A stretch of DNA of 63,707 bases from Octopus bimaculoides (lineage: Eukaryota), in assembly GCF_001194135.2 (NCBI RefSeq), contig NC_068982.1, positions 59,028,389 through 59,092,095 on the forward strand. Direction: 5' to 3'. The notes beneath the pieces are model-generated. The model saw nothing but the letters and a program-made list of their open reading frames with translations. It was not told the DNA's origin and made no database searches. Positions 37,646 through 52,837 of the stretch are shown here, in pieces (positions within the stretch are counted from its first letter, which is position 1; each line of letters opens with the position of its first letter). The position numbers and the translations under genes are program-made.

Positions 37646-38175
37646 ATCATAAATTAAGGATAACACTTTATTTCATTCATCAACACTAAAACTTCATTAT
37701 TAATGGTTGCATTTCTTACATAAACTTGTGTGTGTGTGTGGTGCATGTGTATGTATGTGAAAGAGAGAGGTAGAGAGAGAGGGAGTGAATATTGAAATAT
37801 CGTCTATTTTTGCACTGAGTTTTATTGAACAAATTATCCTGCTTATGATACTGGAATAGATGAAAATGCGACATATGTTTTTAGCTTTCTCTTTTCTAAA
37901 ACAATCATATTTTGATGTGCTTAGGAATATTTATGCTTATCTCTCTCTCTCTCTNNNNNNNNNNNNNNNNNNNNNNNNNNNNNNNNNNNNNNNNNNNNNN
38001 NNNNNNNNNNNNNNNNNNNNNNNNNNNNNNNNNNNNNNNNNNNNNNNNNNNNNNNNNNNNNNNNNNNNNNNNNNNNNNNNNNNNNNNNNNNNNNNNNNNN
38101 NNNNNNNNNNNNNNNNNNNNNNNNNNNNNNNNNNNNNNNNNNNNNNNNNNNNNNNNNNNNNNNNNNNNNNNNNNN

Positions 38176-38280
38176 GTAGATAGATAGGTAGATAGATAGG
38201 TAGATAGATAGGTAGATAGATAGGTAGATAGATAGATAGATACATACATACATACATACATACATACATACATACACGTA
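38176..38280. repeat. (GATA)n with 12-bp periodic TAGG variant, then (CATA)n
   Basis: Directly visible. Confidence 0.95.
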
Positions 38281-39214
38281 TGTATGTTTAACTGCATGTA
38301 CAACAGTAAAGAAACAAAAGAGAGGAGAAAACAACTTCACAAAACTGCTTCACAAAGTGCAACACTGAGTTTCACAAGCTTGAAAAGTTAATCAAATGAA
38401 TTTATATGCACATGAACAACAAATTAATGAAATTGAATAAAAAAAAACCCATTGTATATTCACATTGATTGTAGAAATCCGTACAACGATATTAAACATG
38501 ACATTCTAAGTTTTTCCGCAAAGTTCACCATCTATTCTCTTAACTTAGAAACTAAGGAAATAGATACCGTTTGAGAGATAGACAACAGGGGTGAATTTTA
38601 AGTTTTTACGACATACCTAGGGACCACGAACAAAATTTTTGTTAATAAAGCAATTTTGGTTTCATAGTATTAGTAAAAATCTGTTATGTAAATTTACTCA
38701 GTTTGGTATAATTGAATTTCTATCACTTGCTAACTGAATCTTTGTTTGAAAAGCATTAGTTTTCACCAATAATCATATTTCAAACACTAAAACTGATATC
38801 AAAACGATCACGCATTAAGAAAACCATTGATTTCTTGTGATAATGATGCTAATTCTTTTATTGTAGCAAAGGGTAGCCAAGACTCCGCAGAAATTTGTGA
38901 GATTATTGGTATTTATATTTTATGTTTTTTTATGTAAGTTTAATTTGCAATGTGGCTTGCATCGACATGATAGACTTATTATCATACAGAAGATGAATAG
39001 TTAAATTAATGTAGAATTAGAAAAAAATGGCACAAATTTGTATACACTTGATTTTATAAATTTTGCCTTTTATTTCAAAACAAATAAATTCTCAGCCAAA
39101 TGAAACGTTAATATATACATCACTTCAAACCACCCACTCGCCAATTAATATTAATGATTTAGTGAAGATATTAGTAAACTGCTATATATGTGAGCTAGAT
39201 AGATAGACAGAGGG

Positions 39215-39276
<62 letters not shown>

Positions 39277-39864
39277 GAAAATCGCCAGACATGGGGTTTC
39301 AACTTGATTTCGGACCCTCAGTGACAAATTCCCTATACATTCTGAGCAAAGCTGAAAATACTTGTTTCAATGAAGAAATCGTTAAACAATATAGTTCATA
39401 TAAAAGTAGGCCAGGCGAGACTTAAATTAATTTACACATTGAAACAGTCTTGGATTTAGATATCAGCGAATATGATATCTATAATGTGCGTACTGATGTG
39501 AAATGGGACAAGCTGTAACATTTTGTTCAAAAAAACAAAACAAAAAAAAAAGCAGCATTATGAACAAAGCCTTGTATTTTTTAATACAGAAGCTTTTTGT
39601 GGGTGTTTCTTGGAAAGAAAATATTACAGCCAGTGTTGTCTCACGTTTGTATACCCACAAAAGTTATATAGACCAGCAATTAACTTTTCATCATTACTGG
39701 AGAATCAGTAAAATATAAAACACGGAATCACAGCTTGGAAAGTTTCAACGTTGGCATGAGTTGTGAGAGACTGACTGCTGTTTCTGGCAATTCCAACTAA
39801 TGCATAGAAATTACCTCCTTGGCTCATAGTATCTATCTTTCTCTGATTTAGTGGTATGTATTAT

Positions 39865-40075
39865 ATTGATTTCAAATTTTGCCCCATGGTCGAGGGAGGG
39901 TGTAAGCCGATTACATCGACCCAGTAATCGACTGGTATTTAATTTTATCGACCCTGAAAGAATGAAAGACAATGACGACCTTGATAGAATTTGAACTGAG
40001 AACGTAAAGATGCACGAAATGCCGCTAAGCATTTCTCCCAGTGCGGTAACGATTCTACCAGCTCACCGCCTTAGT
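39865..40075 (-). mobile_element. SINE family B
   Basis: Family B consensus in reverse. Confidence 0.85.
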
Positions 40076-40764
40076 GGTGTATATTATATCAAGCTTCTTT
40101 CCCCTCCACCGCTACTGCTAACCTTGCAACATATAATTGAAGGATTAATTGTAAAAATTTAGTTCTAAAATATATTACAAGTTAGAAAGCATGAAGTAAG
40201 CACTGTAAATTCTCAGATCTAACCATCTCTCGTTTACTGAAGTATATGAGTAGCTGGCATCGTAATATAGTTGTGTGGTTAAGAAATTTCTTTTGTAGCC
40301 ACATGTTTCCAGGTTGGTGACCAATGGTTTCATGTCAATCAAAACCTTGTGAATGGAATTTGGTAAATGGAAACTACGCAAATTTCCATTAGGTGTATAT
40401 GTTGGAGAAATTCTACTTTAACCTACGAACTGCTGTCACTGAACAGAAGAATGTAAGTTTAGGATAATGCAAACAGAAGAAACTTGTTGCTACAGAAATT
40501 TCAAATACAGAGAGGTTAGCTTTCATTCTGCTTTAATGAGAGTGACCTGTTGATTGCTAAAGGACTGTGCAATACGAAATAGGTATAAATCATATTACTT
40601 TGCTTTTCACTAGCACAAAAAGAGGGCACTAAAGTTTACTGTCGAATCTCTTCCAACCAATGAGTTACAAAAGCCAGTAATAATTCTTTCCACCATCTCA
40701 GTTTTCAGAATTCACATCTATATAGCCTGAACGATCACTCCATGCATGAAACGAGGAACAGCTA

Positions 40765-41142
40765 TTGTTGTTGTTGGCACTCCGTCGCTTACGACGTCGA
40801 GGGTTCCAGTTGATCCGATCAACGGAACAGCCTGCTCGCGAAATTAACGTGCAAGTGGCTGAGCACTCCACAGACACGTGTATCCTCGGAGATATTCAGT
40901 GTAAGACAGTGTGACAAGGTTGACCCTTTGAATTACAGGCACAACAGAAACAGGAAGTAAGAGTGAGAGAAAGTTGTGGTGAAAGAGTACAGCAGGGTTC
41001 GCCACCATCCCCTGCTGGATCTTCGTGGAGCTTTTAGGTGTTTACGCTCAATAAACACTCACAACGCCCGGTCTGGGAATCGAAACCGCAATCCTACGAC
41101 CGCGAGTCCGCTGCCCTAACCACTGGGCCATTGCGCCTCCAC
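40765..41142 (-). mobile_element. SINE family C, full length
   Basis: Family C consensus in reverse; TSD ggaacagctat. Confidence 0.92.
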
Positions 41143-41912
41143 TGGAACAGCTATAAAATGAATCAAACTTCACACACAAAAACAAACACACACATACCCA
41201 CACATGTGTGACTATTTGAGTGAGAAAGCGAGAGCAAGAGAGAGCAAGAAGATAAATTGAAGTGGGATTTTGTCAAATGGAAACATCTGTGGTATTAGCT
41301 CTGCCTCAGTTGCCTCTTATATCCCTGGTTGTTGTTACCTACCAGTCTAGTCCAAGGTTGATAGAATAAGTACCAGACGAAATACCAAGGTCGATTTAAA
41401 AGACTAAAACCATTTAAGGCAATATTCTTATCCACAATCCGATAACTGAAACCAGAAAGAAAAAAAGTTTCAAAATAAAAATAAAAGAATCTGTGTTTCA
41501 TACTAAACACACATTCTCCATATGTTTATTAATGAAGACACATACTGAGGAACTTTCTTTCCCACATAACTCCTTAGACACAGATAAGTAGAATAGATTA
41601 AAGATCTGAATCTTGAGGGCTGACAGTTATTTTGATATACTTCATTAAGTATGACTAGCTCAGAAAGAAAGAAAGAGGTGAATTTTTATAAAGTCCTTGA
41701 CTTCTTGGAAAATTCTTACCTGACAAGAGTAAGCTAATAAGTAAGATTATGAATAAATGTTAAGTATGTGTTTATATTTACAGCTACAAGTATGTACGAT
41801 TATATGTCGATATTGTGTGTGTACCGCTGTATATATATAAGTTTGTATGTATGTTTGCATCTTAGTGTTTCTCTTAACATACATACATTAGGTACACAGG
41901 CATATATACCTA

Positions 41913-41943
<31 letters not shown>

Positions 41944-42623
41944 ATATATATAAAATGGATGTGTGTATGTGTAATGAATGTATATAAACACATGGATTTC
42001 TCTATATGTGTATATGCAAATGACTTGTGGTCTGCGAATGTTTGGTTGTTTTAGGAGAAATTTTAAAACTTGTTGACTTTATTCATGCAAAACCTCTGAC
42101 AAATAAAATATATGTGTTTATGAGTGTACTTATTGTGTGCAAAGGGAACATGTAATAAAAACGATTTTGGCACGGAGCAAAAGTGGCACCAACAACGGTG
42201 GTGGATGTGGTGATGATGTTGGAACGGTTCAATGTTCATTGTTTATTGCATAGTAGATGGGAACAGATGACCAGTCATCTGTCAGGAACAGAATATCTTA
42301 AATTGTGAAAATTACTGGATAATATTTGTTTAACATCTTCATACAGCAGCATTTGGAAGTACTTAGATTGTCTTTCTAAACCGACACTGTCTTCTACCTC
42401 CATGTCCTTATCTGTGATGGTGCTGTATGCTGCTCCATTCTCTGGCCCAAAGGCAAAAATCTATTAAGCCTGTCTGTATTTTGACAAAGCTTATCTGTAG
42501 ATGATATCTTAGTGATTCATTTGTTAACTGCAGCAGTTCTTAAAATGGTTTGGAGAAGAAGGAAGAGAAGATATGTATATATTATTGTGGTGGTAGTAGT
42601 TGTGAGGGTGATGGCGATAGTGG

Positions 42624-42700
<77 letters not shown>

Positions 42701-43503
42701 CAGGAAGCAAGAAATGGAAAAGACAGTCGATCCAAGGAGAGCAGATAGCACATAGAAGGATAGATAGAATGATGGTGGCCTGAGTGAAGAGGGAGTGAAG
42801 GAGTAGCAAGACAGAGAGAGATAGAAATTGAATAGAGAGAGGGTAAAGAGAGAGGGAGACAATAAGAGAGACAGAAGCCAAAATAGAAATAAATAATGTT
42901 TGTGATTTGAAGAGAGAAATGACAATATATGTATGTATATATGTGTGTGTGTGGCAGGGTGTATATCTGTCTATTTGTAGGTATGTATATATGTCTATAT
43001 ATACAGAAAGAGAGAGACAGAAGGAGGGAATAGAGATAGAAATGACATCAGATATATACTTATGCGCGTGTGTGTGTGTGTGTGTGTGTGCATAATCTTA
43101 GTCCATATTAATTGCCATAGAGGACTCATCAGCAGCCTATCTTAGTCAATTTGCTCAAATCCTTTGACCTTTAGCCTCTAACTGATAAATCCCAGCATGC
43201 ACTCTGCTAAAATGACAGTAAAATCTTTACTATAGAATGTAATTTCTTGGCGTGGTGGACCGAAGTGGGTGAAGTCAAAACTGATGTATTTAGTTTAACA
43301 AATAATTTTCAGCAAACTGATATCTGTCAGCCAGGGATATCCAATTAAATATCTTGTTTATACTATTTGATATACGACTAACATGATAAAGGCCTGTGAT
43401 ATTTTCAGATAAAATGTATTTATTCATTTCTTTGCATTAAAATGATGCAGAGGAGGAAAAGAAGAAGAAATCTGGAAGGAATTTCATGAGTGTGTATACG
43501 TGC

Positions 43504-43539
<36 letters not shown>

Positions 43540-44368
43540 ACATGTGCATGTGTGTAAATACGTGTTTGTCTGTGTATATGTGCGTTTATGTCTGTGTAGA
43601 AATATGTTAGTATGTGTGTTTGTGTATATATATGCATATATGATGATGATGATGATGATGATATGTCTGCGTATGTGTGTGTGTTGTTATATGTGAGCAT
43701 GTATAACCATGGGCCAGTGTGTGTATCTATGCGAATGCGTTTGCAAGGGGGGTGCATGTGAGAGAACGATAGAGAGAGAAAAAAAGATCAAAAATGAGAG
43801 AGGAAGAAAAACAGAGAAATTTCTGAGTTGTCCTTTTTAGAAGGATTTTTTTTTTTGTGTTGTTAAAAACTTTCCTGTATACCTGTGACCCATGCTGGCA
43901 TAAAAATTTACCATTTTATTACAGCAAAGATGGAAATATTATTGATATTCTTCATGTATCTATGCTGTTGCTTCTGGTAGTTAAAGTAATGATGTTGTAT
44001 AATAATAGTTTTCTCAGAGAGGCAATAATGCCACTGTAGGTGGTTTCCATGTTTAGGGTACCATGGGAGACAATGAAACCATAGTTTTAATTAGACTTAG
44101 TTTTATGTGAAAATAATATCATAGATTGTATTTTTTAATATTTTGGTATTTTCATTCACATAGATCTGGATTATTTCTCAAGATCTAAAAAAAAAAAAAA
44201 AAAAAAGCAAGCAAGTGTGTTGATATATTGAAGAATAAAATGACAAGCCTAAAGAAAAGTTACCATCAAAATCTGCTTGGTTTACATTATATCTTTTTAA
44301 GTAGAGTCACAAAAGAAACAAGGGTGAAAGAATAAAATGGTTGACCACAATGAAACCATAAATATTTA

Positions 44369-44622
44369 TTAGTGACAGAGACAGTATTAATACCAAGGGG
44401 TAATATTTATCCCCACTTAAATGTGGATGTTCTGTTAGAACAAACTATACTGTGGTAGATACCATGAGAGAAACTCTGATATTGGCTTTTGGAGCAAGAT
44501 GCACTCTTGTTTATATCGCATGTGGGGAGATAAATCCCTGCCATCTCCAGTGCTGAGACCATCAGATCACATGATTTTAACCTTTCTTGGTCTTGTCAAT
44601 GATGGCTCCTCAACAACTAGGG
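44369..44622 (-). mobile_element. Putative SINE family F, copy 2
   Basis: Homologous to 12329-12582. Confidence 0.65.
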
Positions 44623-45659
44623 ATACATGTTGTTTAGCATTGATTCAGGAATGAATGAGCAGTCCTATGGTCAAAGGCATTCCAACCATGACCATCCTAA
44701 TTTGTTGAATATATAGGATTACATTGGACAATGTGCCCTTTATTTTTAGATATGGCAAGGTGTGATTTCAAACAACTATATCTACTATTTTTTTACAGGT
44801 CAAGGGTCCCTGGAGAGGCACCCTCACTGGGTCACACAAACATACTATACATCCAGTTGTAAAACATATAATCTTATTGAGTGTGTTATTGTAGCTCTTG
44901 ATCCTATTTTTGAGATGGAATATCGTCTTAGCATAGACAGTCAACACACATCCTCTCGAAAGCAATTAGTTTCTGGTTTAACAAATGGAATCAACTTTAA
45001 ATGAAGATTATTAAAGATGCCAAATTATACCCATTACAAAGTGAGAGCAATTGGAATTTGAAGGAGTTGACAATTAGGATATTCTCATCTCATCTGTCCA
45101 TTATCTTCGGTAGTTTATAAATCTATCTCCACGCCAAAGCTGTTGTGTAGTCCTAAGTTAGTCATAACTGAGTAGATCCATCATCAAAAACAATCTAGCC
45201 TGAGTGAGAGAGATTAAGCTGCTATTTTTCAGAGAGCCAAAGACTATGTAGAGGTTTTCTGCATTCAGGTACAATTCTTCCTGAGTTCTCTACAATAATT
45301 TTCCCAGTTTCATGATTAATAAAACTAACAAACTGTAATTTAGAAAGCCACAGCAATACCATCCAGGAAAGATTAAATACAAATAATTACAAGGATTAAA
45401 CTTTTACCATAAAATATGTTGTTCCTGACTTAGACTCAAGACCAACAATTTTGAGGGGAATAGGATAATTAATAACAATGACTCCAAAACCAGACTGATA
45501 CTTAACTTCATAAATCACAGAGGGAGGAAAATTAATGTCGATGTTGGCTGGATTTGAACTCAATGAAAAAGCAGGAACAAATAAGGCAAGGCATTTTTTC
45601 CAGTGCTCAAATGATTTTGCTCACTTGCCACCCATTCCAAAGAGTGGGAACAAGAATAT

Positions 45660-46500
45660 GCTTGATTTTTGTTGCAGTTTCAGTCAGTATGTGACAGTAA
45701 ACCAGGTAGTGGGATGACCCTGCAGCGATAAATTATGTTGCATGGCATATCTCTCAGAGATTTTATGTCATAAATCTATTGTCAGTTGTTGTTGTTGGCA
45801 CTCCGTCGCTTACGACGTCAAGGGTTCCAGTTGATCTGATCAACGGAACAGCCTGCTCGTGAAATTAACATGCAAGTGGCTGAGCACTCCACAGACACGT
45901 GTACCCTTAACGTAGTTCTCGGGGATGTTCAGCATGACACAGAGTGTGACACGGCTGACCCTTTGAATTACAAGCATAACAGAAACAGGAAGAAAGAGTG
46001 AGAGAAAGTTGTGGTGAAAGGGTACAGCAGGGTTCGCCACCATCCCCTGCCGGCGCCTTGTGGAGCTTTAGGTGTTTTCACTCAAGAAACACCGGTCTGG
46101 GAATCAAAACCGTGATCTTATGACCGCGAGCCTGCTGCCCTAACCACTGGGCCATTGTGCCTCCACCTATTGTCAGTAGATAGAGTTAATTCCACATTTG
46201 CGCATGGAAGGACTAAGTTCAAAATTTGTCTTATACAGAGTAGAGTGAATGTTGGTTAAATTAACTAACAGGCTTCATTCAAATCTTTTTGTTGCAGTTC
46301 CAGTCAGTATGTGTCAGTAAGACCGTGTAGCATGAAGAAAGGGGAGTGATAAATTATATTGCATGGCATGTGTAGTATTTTTTAAATTTTATTTCTGTTA
46401 TCAGTGTGCAGAAGGATTGGGTTCAAAGTTTGCATTATATAGGGTACAATGAATGTTGGTTAGATTAACCTATGGGCTTGATTTAAATCTTGTTGGTTTT
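45660..46500. repeat. Old tandem duplication (~250-bp unit x2), first unit interrupted by a family C SINE
   Basis: ttttgttgcagtt(t/c)cagtcagtatgtg and tgaatgttggtta(a/g)attaac each occur twice in the same order. Confidence 0.75.
45787..46166 (-). mobile_element. SINE family C
   Basis: Family C consensus in reverse; 11-bp TSD ctattgtcagt. Confidence 0.92.
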
Positions 46501-47249
46501 TAATGCCTGGTCTATGTTGTCTGCTGAGGATAGCTTCTTTGATCTGCAAATCTTTATCTAAAACTGTAATTCATACGATAGCTGGTATTTGATATTAAAG
46601 CTTCTGGTTTATTGTCCATGTAAGTAAACTGAAGTTGTGTAAAACAATAGTATCAGTCAATGTCTTGGGATTCAGTCACCAGATGTTATAAACATTTATA
46701 AAGACTACCCAATTTTTCTACTAATAATTCCAATATGTAAAATTGTTGTTTAGATTTATTACTACTAAAGAGTAAAAGACTTGATGTTGGTGAGATTAAC
46801 TGGTGTGCATTTCATGTGTGTGTATGTGTGTTAATTCTTTTGTCACTTACTTTTCCACTCAAGCAGGGGTCATATGTAACTTACTGAGGCCAATTTTATA
46901 CAGCTGGATGCTCCTCCTGTTACAAACACTCACCTCTTCCCAAGTAAAGTGATAATTCTTCTAGTCCTTTAAGCAATGAAAAAATCAATGCCTGAATATG
47001 CTTTTGTATTTGTGGCAAAATATAAGTAATGACCAACAGTGACCTTCTTTTCAAGCAGTGCAAGAAAAAATTCATAGATATACATATATATACACACATA
47101 TACATACATATATTTTTGGTCTGTCATTAACAATTATAACTGACTCCATGAATCAATCACATAGTGGGATCATCAGATCAACAACTTGTTGGTACCACTT
47201 CTCATTCATATTGTTCAAATTTGCTCTAATCCTCACATGTGCATGGATA

Positions 47250-47500
47250 TGAGCTATTAACCATTAAGCAAAATAAGCACGTGCTTAGGGCATCAAGGGA
47301 AGGAGGAGGCACCACAGAAATGGTAAATTGTTTACAGAACAAAAGCAATCACTTTAAACTTGCTAAAATAATATTCAGAATGCCTTTCTCTGTACTAAGT
47401 ATAGATGCAGATGTGTTATCTAAGATTAATTTTGAGGATCTCATCAAAGACTTCTTAATTCAAAAATGTAGGAGGAAACTTTTCAAATATAAATAAAGTG
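47250..47500 (+). mobile_element. hAT (Tip100-like) relic: subterminal motif and transposase C-terminal tip; possible right end at 48940-48987
   Basis: SVLSIDADVLSKINFEDLIKDFLIQKCRRKLF; gtgcttagggc motif recurs before cttaatacggccttg. Confidence 0.55.
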
Positions 47501-48039
47501 GAAGTAAACAAAAACTAGAAAAGCACTCGGAGAGTGCAGACCTCCACCAAGCAGCTCATTTCCACCCATATACACACATGCTGAAAATTGCCCAATTTCC
47601 CAAACCAACACCAGCAAAAACATAACCTCCTCCCATACTTATCTCGACCATCGTTATCATCAACACTGTCTCTGCTTTCACCACAATCACCGTCAAAACT
47701 ATGATCACCACTATCAGTTTCTTTACACAGTTGAAAATCCATTATCCGATATTCATGGGACTGAGATTGTTGCAGATTTTTGGTTTTTCTAATTTCACTG
47801 TGCTTTATTAAAAAAAAAAAATTGCATCTACTAAACGGAACAGCTTGAGGATAGAAACCAAGTCTAAACACAATAGCTTATAGACATACTCTGAATGTAG
47901 TTCTATATAAATCTTTATTAATTTTTTTTATACTTAAGACCATTAGAAATGTTAAGATATCAGCCTCTACCCACGTTGTTATGCTTTGACTAAAAGGTTA
48001 CAGCATAGATTAGATTACTTAGATATTTCGGCCGAATTT

Positions 48040-48495
48040 GACTCAGGCCATGTCTAATTTAATAGCACCACCGGGAAGTGATACAGAGTCAGTTCTGGGG
48101 AACCGTAGCCCATTCAAGCAGAGGGTCATTGTTTTCAGAGACATATCTGGGTGTGGGTGGGGATCGTTTGAATGCCATGAAATCACTTTCCTCTTTTATG
48201 TGTGTCTGGCACGATGTTGAAGAGAGCAAGGCCAATTGAGGTGAAATAGTTCCGTCATAGTGTTGTGATATGACACGAACATTTCTGTAGTGGACAGATG
48301 GCAGGGGGGTCAAGCCTCGGACGAATTTTAAAGATGGGCAATGTTGATGGAATATTTTCCACATCATACAGAAGATATAGAGCTCACAGTGGCAGTAGAG
48401 GGAGCAAAGCACGAGCCTTTCAAGTCGATCCCAATAGTCAAGGCTTGTCATGTCCTCCTCCGCAAACCTCCACCAAGCAGCTCATTTTAAGATAA
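48040..48495 (-). mobile_element. CR1-like LINE, 3' end relic
   Basis: LDYWDRLERLVLCSL...YIFCMMWKI...NDPLLEW. Confidence 0.75.
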
Positions 48496-48589
48496 ATACG
48501 CGAGTAAAATTACTAATAGAGAAACGAAAATAAACTTTGGAAACACCACCATAGGCTATGTGGAAACAATGAACGTGTTTTCAAGTGAG

Positions 48590-48832
48590 ATAATCAAAGA
48601 ATGTAATATTGTAATACTTCATGTAAAGTAAATATAACAAATTAAAAATCCTTCAAGAATCCATAAAAATTCCCGGATCACTACCATCATCTGTTCCTTG
48701 TGTCATTACCAACTTTTCCTGCAAGTTTCATTAAATACCGTTAACACCTTTTTGAGTTATTTTGCACACGGACGGACAGACAGACAAACCAACGCTGATG
48801 GAAACAACCTCCTTCCTTGGCAGAAGTAATAA
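48590..48832 (+). mobile_element. Pearl/HINE-like (Helentron-associated) non-autonomous element fragment
   Basis: (ACGG/ACAG)n microsatellite followed by a short terminal hairpin acctccttccttggcagaagtaat. Confidence 0.45.
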
Positions 48833-50253
48833 ACAACATTTTCCCTCTTACTGTTTTGTTTCGTTTTGAAAAGTAAAAATGTATTCTATGGTTTGTTATT
48901 GTTTATATTTTGAATTAGATAATCTTTTATGGGAACACCAAAAGCTTTTAAGTGCTTAGGGCCTCAATGGGTCTTAATACGGCCTTGTGTGATGGACGAC
49001 CAAACATCCATCACCATAGGACTTCATAAAATATAAAACAAACCAGGAAATTTCATCATACTGGGACATACATACACATACAACATCTTACAGTTCCTGT
49101 CAACCAATTCTCCTCACATGGCAATGGTCAACTCAGTGCCATAGATAGACACATTACCATATGGCATGAAAACACCTTGTGCACATGTACTCCCCACACA
49201 AACATGTATATATGTATCATTTAACATACACAGTTTTAAATAAGAACCACCAATAGTTTCCATGCCATAGAGACACAAGGCATATTATATAAATCTGCTG
49301 AATTATCATGTCTCCATGGAATGAAACTATTAGCAGATCTTATTTAATTACTGTGTGCATTAAATGATATTTATCTTATGCTAGACGGAATACTTTCTTT
49401 TGTTGATCCTACCCATAACAGAACGGTAAATTATGTATATATGTGTATATACATTCTAAACTTTTCTCATGTCACTAACAAACAAATTAAATAATAGTAA
49501 TAATAATGTGTCTAGGGATTAGTGAGTAGTGATAATAAACAATCAAATAACAGTAATGATAATGTCTAGTGATTAGTGATTAGCAATTAATGATCAAGAC
49601 TGGTTACAGTCTTACACAAAGATTGACTAATAAATGGGTTGTTGTTATAGAGTGGTTTGTTTGTGACTTTCTTTAGTATAGTGTGCAAGTATTGTTTGGT
49701 AAGTCAATTAGTCATTAAAAACTTTGAAATGAAAATGTCAAGTAGTTGATGTAAGAAGTGGTGATTTGGTGTGGCAACGGAGGCAGGAGACATTTTCACA
49801 CCACTGACTTGGAAATAAAGGCTAAATCAGTCATCTGGAACTAACAATGTTAAGGAGACAGACAAGAATGGCTTGAAGCCAGCATTCCAGGCAGTTAACA
49901 TATGTTGAAGTTTAGCAAAAAGTCAAGATAACTATTTCCAAAGAAGCTGCGCAAAGGTATCTCTTTGGCTAGGCATTCATTTAAATTTTTGATGTTGCAA
50001 AAGTTTGTGTGTGTGTGTGTGTGTGATTGTGTATTTGCATGTGTATATATTATTATGTGCATGTGTATGTGTTATGATTGTATGTATGATTGTGTATGAC
50101 TGTGTATAAATCTATGTGTGCATGTATTTCTCTATGTGAGGGTGTTCATGCATGTGTGTTAGTGTGTATGTGCATATGAATTTATGTGTGTACATGTATT
50201 TCTTACACTTCTTTATGTAAGGGCCTTTAAACATGTGTGCATGTGTGTATGTA

Positions 50254-50341
<88 letters not shown>

Positions 50342-51487
50342 TGAGTGTGAGAGAAAAAGAGAGACAGACAGTGTTTGTGTGTGTGTTTGAATGTGTGTGC
50401 TTGTGTCTAAAGGAAAGAGAGGGACTAATGGACAGAAACAGACAGAGAAGTAGAGAGACAAAATAGAGGAAGAGTGAGATAGAATGTGAGGTAGTCATAG
50501 AAAGAAAAAAAGAAATCAGCAAAGAAAGAAAGAGAGAGAGAGAGAGAAAAGTTCGAGTGAAAGGAGAGGCAAGAGAATATTCAGTGGTATGGTGGAGGGG
50601 GATTATATTTGTTTCAATATTAGAGATTTTGATGGATCTGGAGAGTTTCAATTATTCTTTTATCCTTTGCTTTTATCTGTTTCAATCATTGGACTGTGGC
50701 CATACTGGGGAATAGTCCACGAATAGTCCACGAAAAGAGATNNNNNNNNNNAACCAAAGTCAAAAGGACATGCCCATCGAATGTGCTAGGTTGACACTCA
50801 GTTTAGAGATGAAATAAAAGAGGTAAGGTTTAACATTTTGAGCATAGCTCTTCGAAAGAGGAAAGTACCAGACTGGACAGAAGGAAAGGAATAGTCCACG
50901 AAAAGAGATGTGTTTGGTTATGATGGACTTCCATAAAGTTTCCATCAACCAAATTCACTCACAAGGTATTGGTTGGCCTGGTGCCTCAGCACAAAACACT
51001 TACCCAAGGAATCTAATATTAATAACCCACTGGTGATATAATTTTGAATCTGCTTATGAAAGCTACCTTTATGGAAATTGCCTAGTCTTTGACCAACTAT
51101 TCTCTGTTATCAGAATCCATCTCAGTGACTAGAAAACCTTACTTTCAACATTATATTTCTTCTTGTTCTATTTCAAAACTATTTTCAAATATTCAACATC
51201 AGACAACATTACTTTCATAAAGTCACCTCACAATGCAACTTTTATGTGTCTCAGCCAACAAATGAGTCCCTATGTGATTTTCAGTCTGCTAGAAGTAGCA
51301 GCCAATTTTCTTTTAAATCACATGTTTTCATCACAACTGTCCGACAAACAGGAACATGAAACTCTGAGTAACGATTCTGTGACAATTTTGCAGCTTTAAT
51401 AAAAAGTATATTACTCTGCTTTTGGTATTCGAGTACTGTTTTTTCCACCTTGTTTTGCTCTTACATGCTTACCTTTGTGTATAAATG

Positions 51488-51766
51488 GTAAAGGCCCCCT
51501 TTGGTCATGAATGACCATGGGAATGTACCTAAAAAGTTCCCCTTTGAGGCACAAGTCTGGGCAAGGTTGTTTATTAAAGGCCATCAGTCACCCATGCATA
51601 CCATGCTCCCCTCTCCGTGCCATTGATGTTATCCAAGAGAAAGTTTGATACCAGTGATATCATGGCTCATTTCTACAGCTGAGTGAACTGAAGCAAACTG
51701 GGAATCAAACTCAGTACCTCATGATAGTGAGCCCGGTGCTCTAACCACTGAGCCATGTACCCTCAC
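51488..51766 (-). mobile_element. tRNA-derived SINE, family E
   Basis: A-box tggctcagtgg and B-box gagtttgattcc on the minus strand; homologous to 61246-61538. Confidence 0.8.
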
Positions 51767-52434
51767 TTGTGTGTGCATATATATACATACACGCACACAC
51801 ACACACACATATGTATACACATACATACACACACGCACACACACACACACATATGTATACACATACATACACACATATACATATANNNNNNNNNNNNNNN
51901 NNNNNNNNNNNNNNNNNNNNNNNNNNNNNNNNNNNNNNNNNNNNNNNNNNNNNNNNNNNNNNNNNNNNNNNNNNNNNNNNNNNNNATATATATATATATA
52001 TATATGTATATACTCTAGTTGTGATGCAGTTGCAAAGAATTACCTTAACACATGCCAAGTAGTATATGTTGTTTTATTTATGATAATTTTTACATTGTTC
52101 GAATGAGCTAGAAACCACGGGTCTAGTTATAAAAGAACCAGTCCAGTCCAGTTTAGTTCAGACTGCATAAAACATTTGGGTCACTCATTGCCCAATTTGC
52201 TACAATATCAATTGCTGTAGGTAATTGTTATTGTTGATGTTTGAGCCAAGACCAACCTAGATCAAGCAAAACTATGATCAATCATCTTGTTTTTTTTTTT
52301 CTTTTGTATGTGTGTTTGTGTGTGTAAGGGTAGGACCACATGGTTGAATGTCTCCAAACCTTTGTTCTCCTGCTTGGATACCAACAACACCAAACCCCTT
52401 ATCCAGTGAGTCCACAACTACAATGGCATACTCT

Positions 52435-52804
52435 CTTTTACTCTTTACTCTTTTACTTGTTTCAGTCATTTGACTGCGGCCATGCTAGAGCACCGCCTTT
52501 AGTCGAGCAAATCAACCCCAGGACTTATTCTTTGGAAGCCTAGTACTTATTCTATCAGTTTGTTTTGCCGAACCGCTAAGTTACGGGGACGTAAACACAC
52601 CAGCATCGATGTCAAGCGATGTTGGGGGACAAGCACACACACACATATATATATATATATATANNNNNNNNNNCAGGACTTATTCTTTGGAAGCCTAGTA
52701 CTTATTCTATCAGTTTGTTTTGCCGAACTGCTAAGTTACCGGGACGTAAACACACCAGCATCGATGTCAAGCGATGTTGGGGGACAAGCACACACCTCAC
52801 ATAT

Positions 52805-52837
<33 letters not shown>

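Noticed and set aside
52475-52800. Apparent tandem duplication inside SINE A
   Set aside because: Near-identical sequence on both sides of a 10-N gap indicates an unmerged contig overlap or allele. The same pattern occurs at 29066-29147, 50700-50900, 59640-59710 and 63230-63420.
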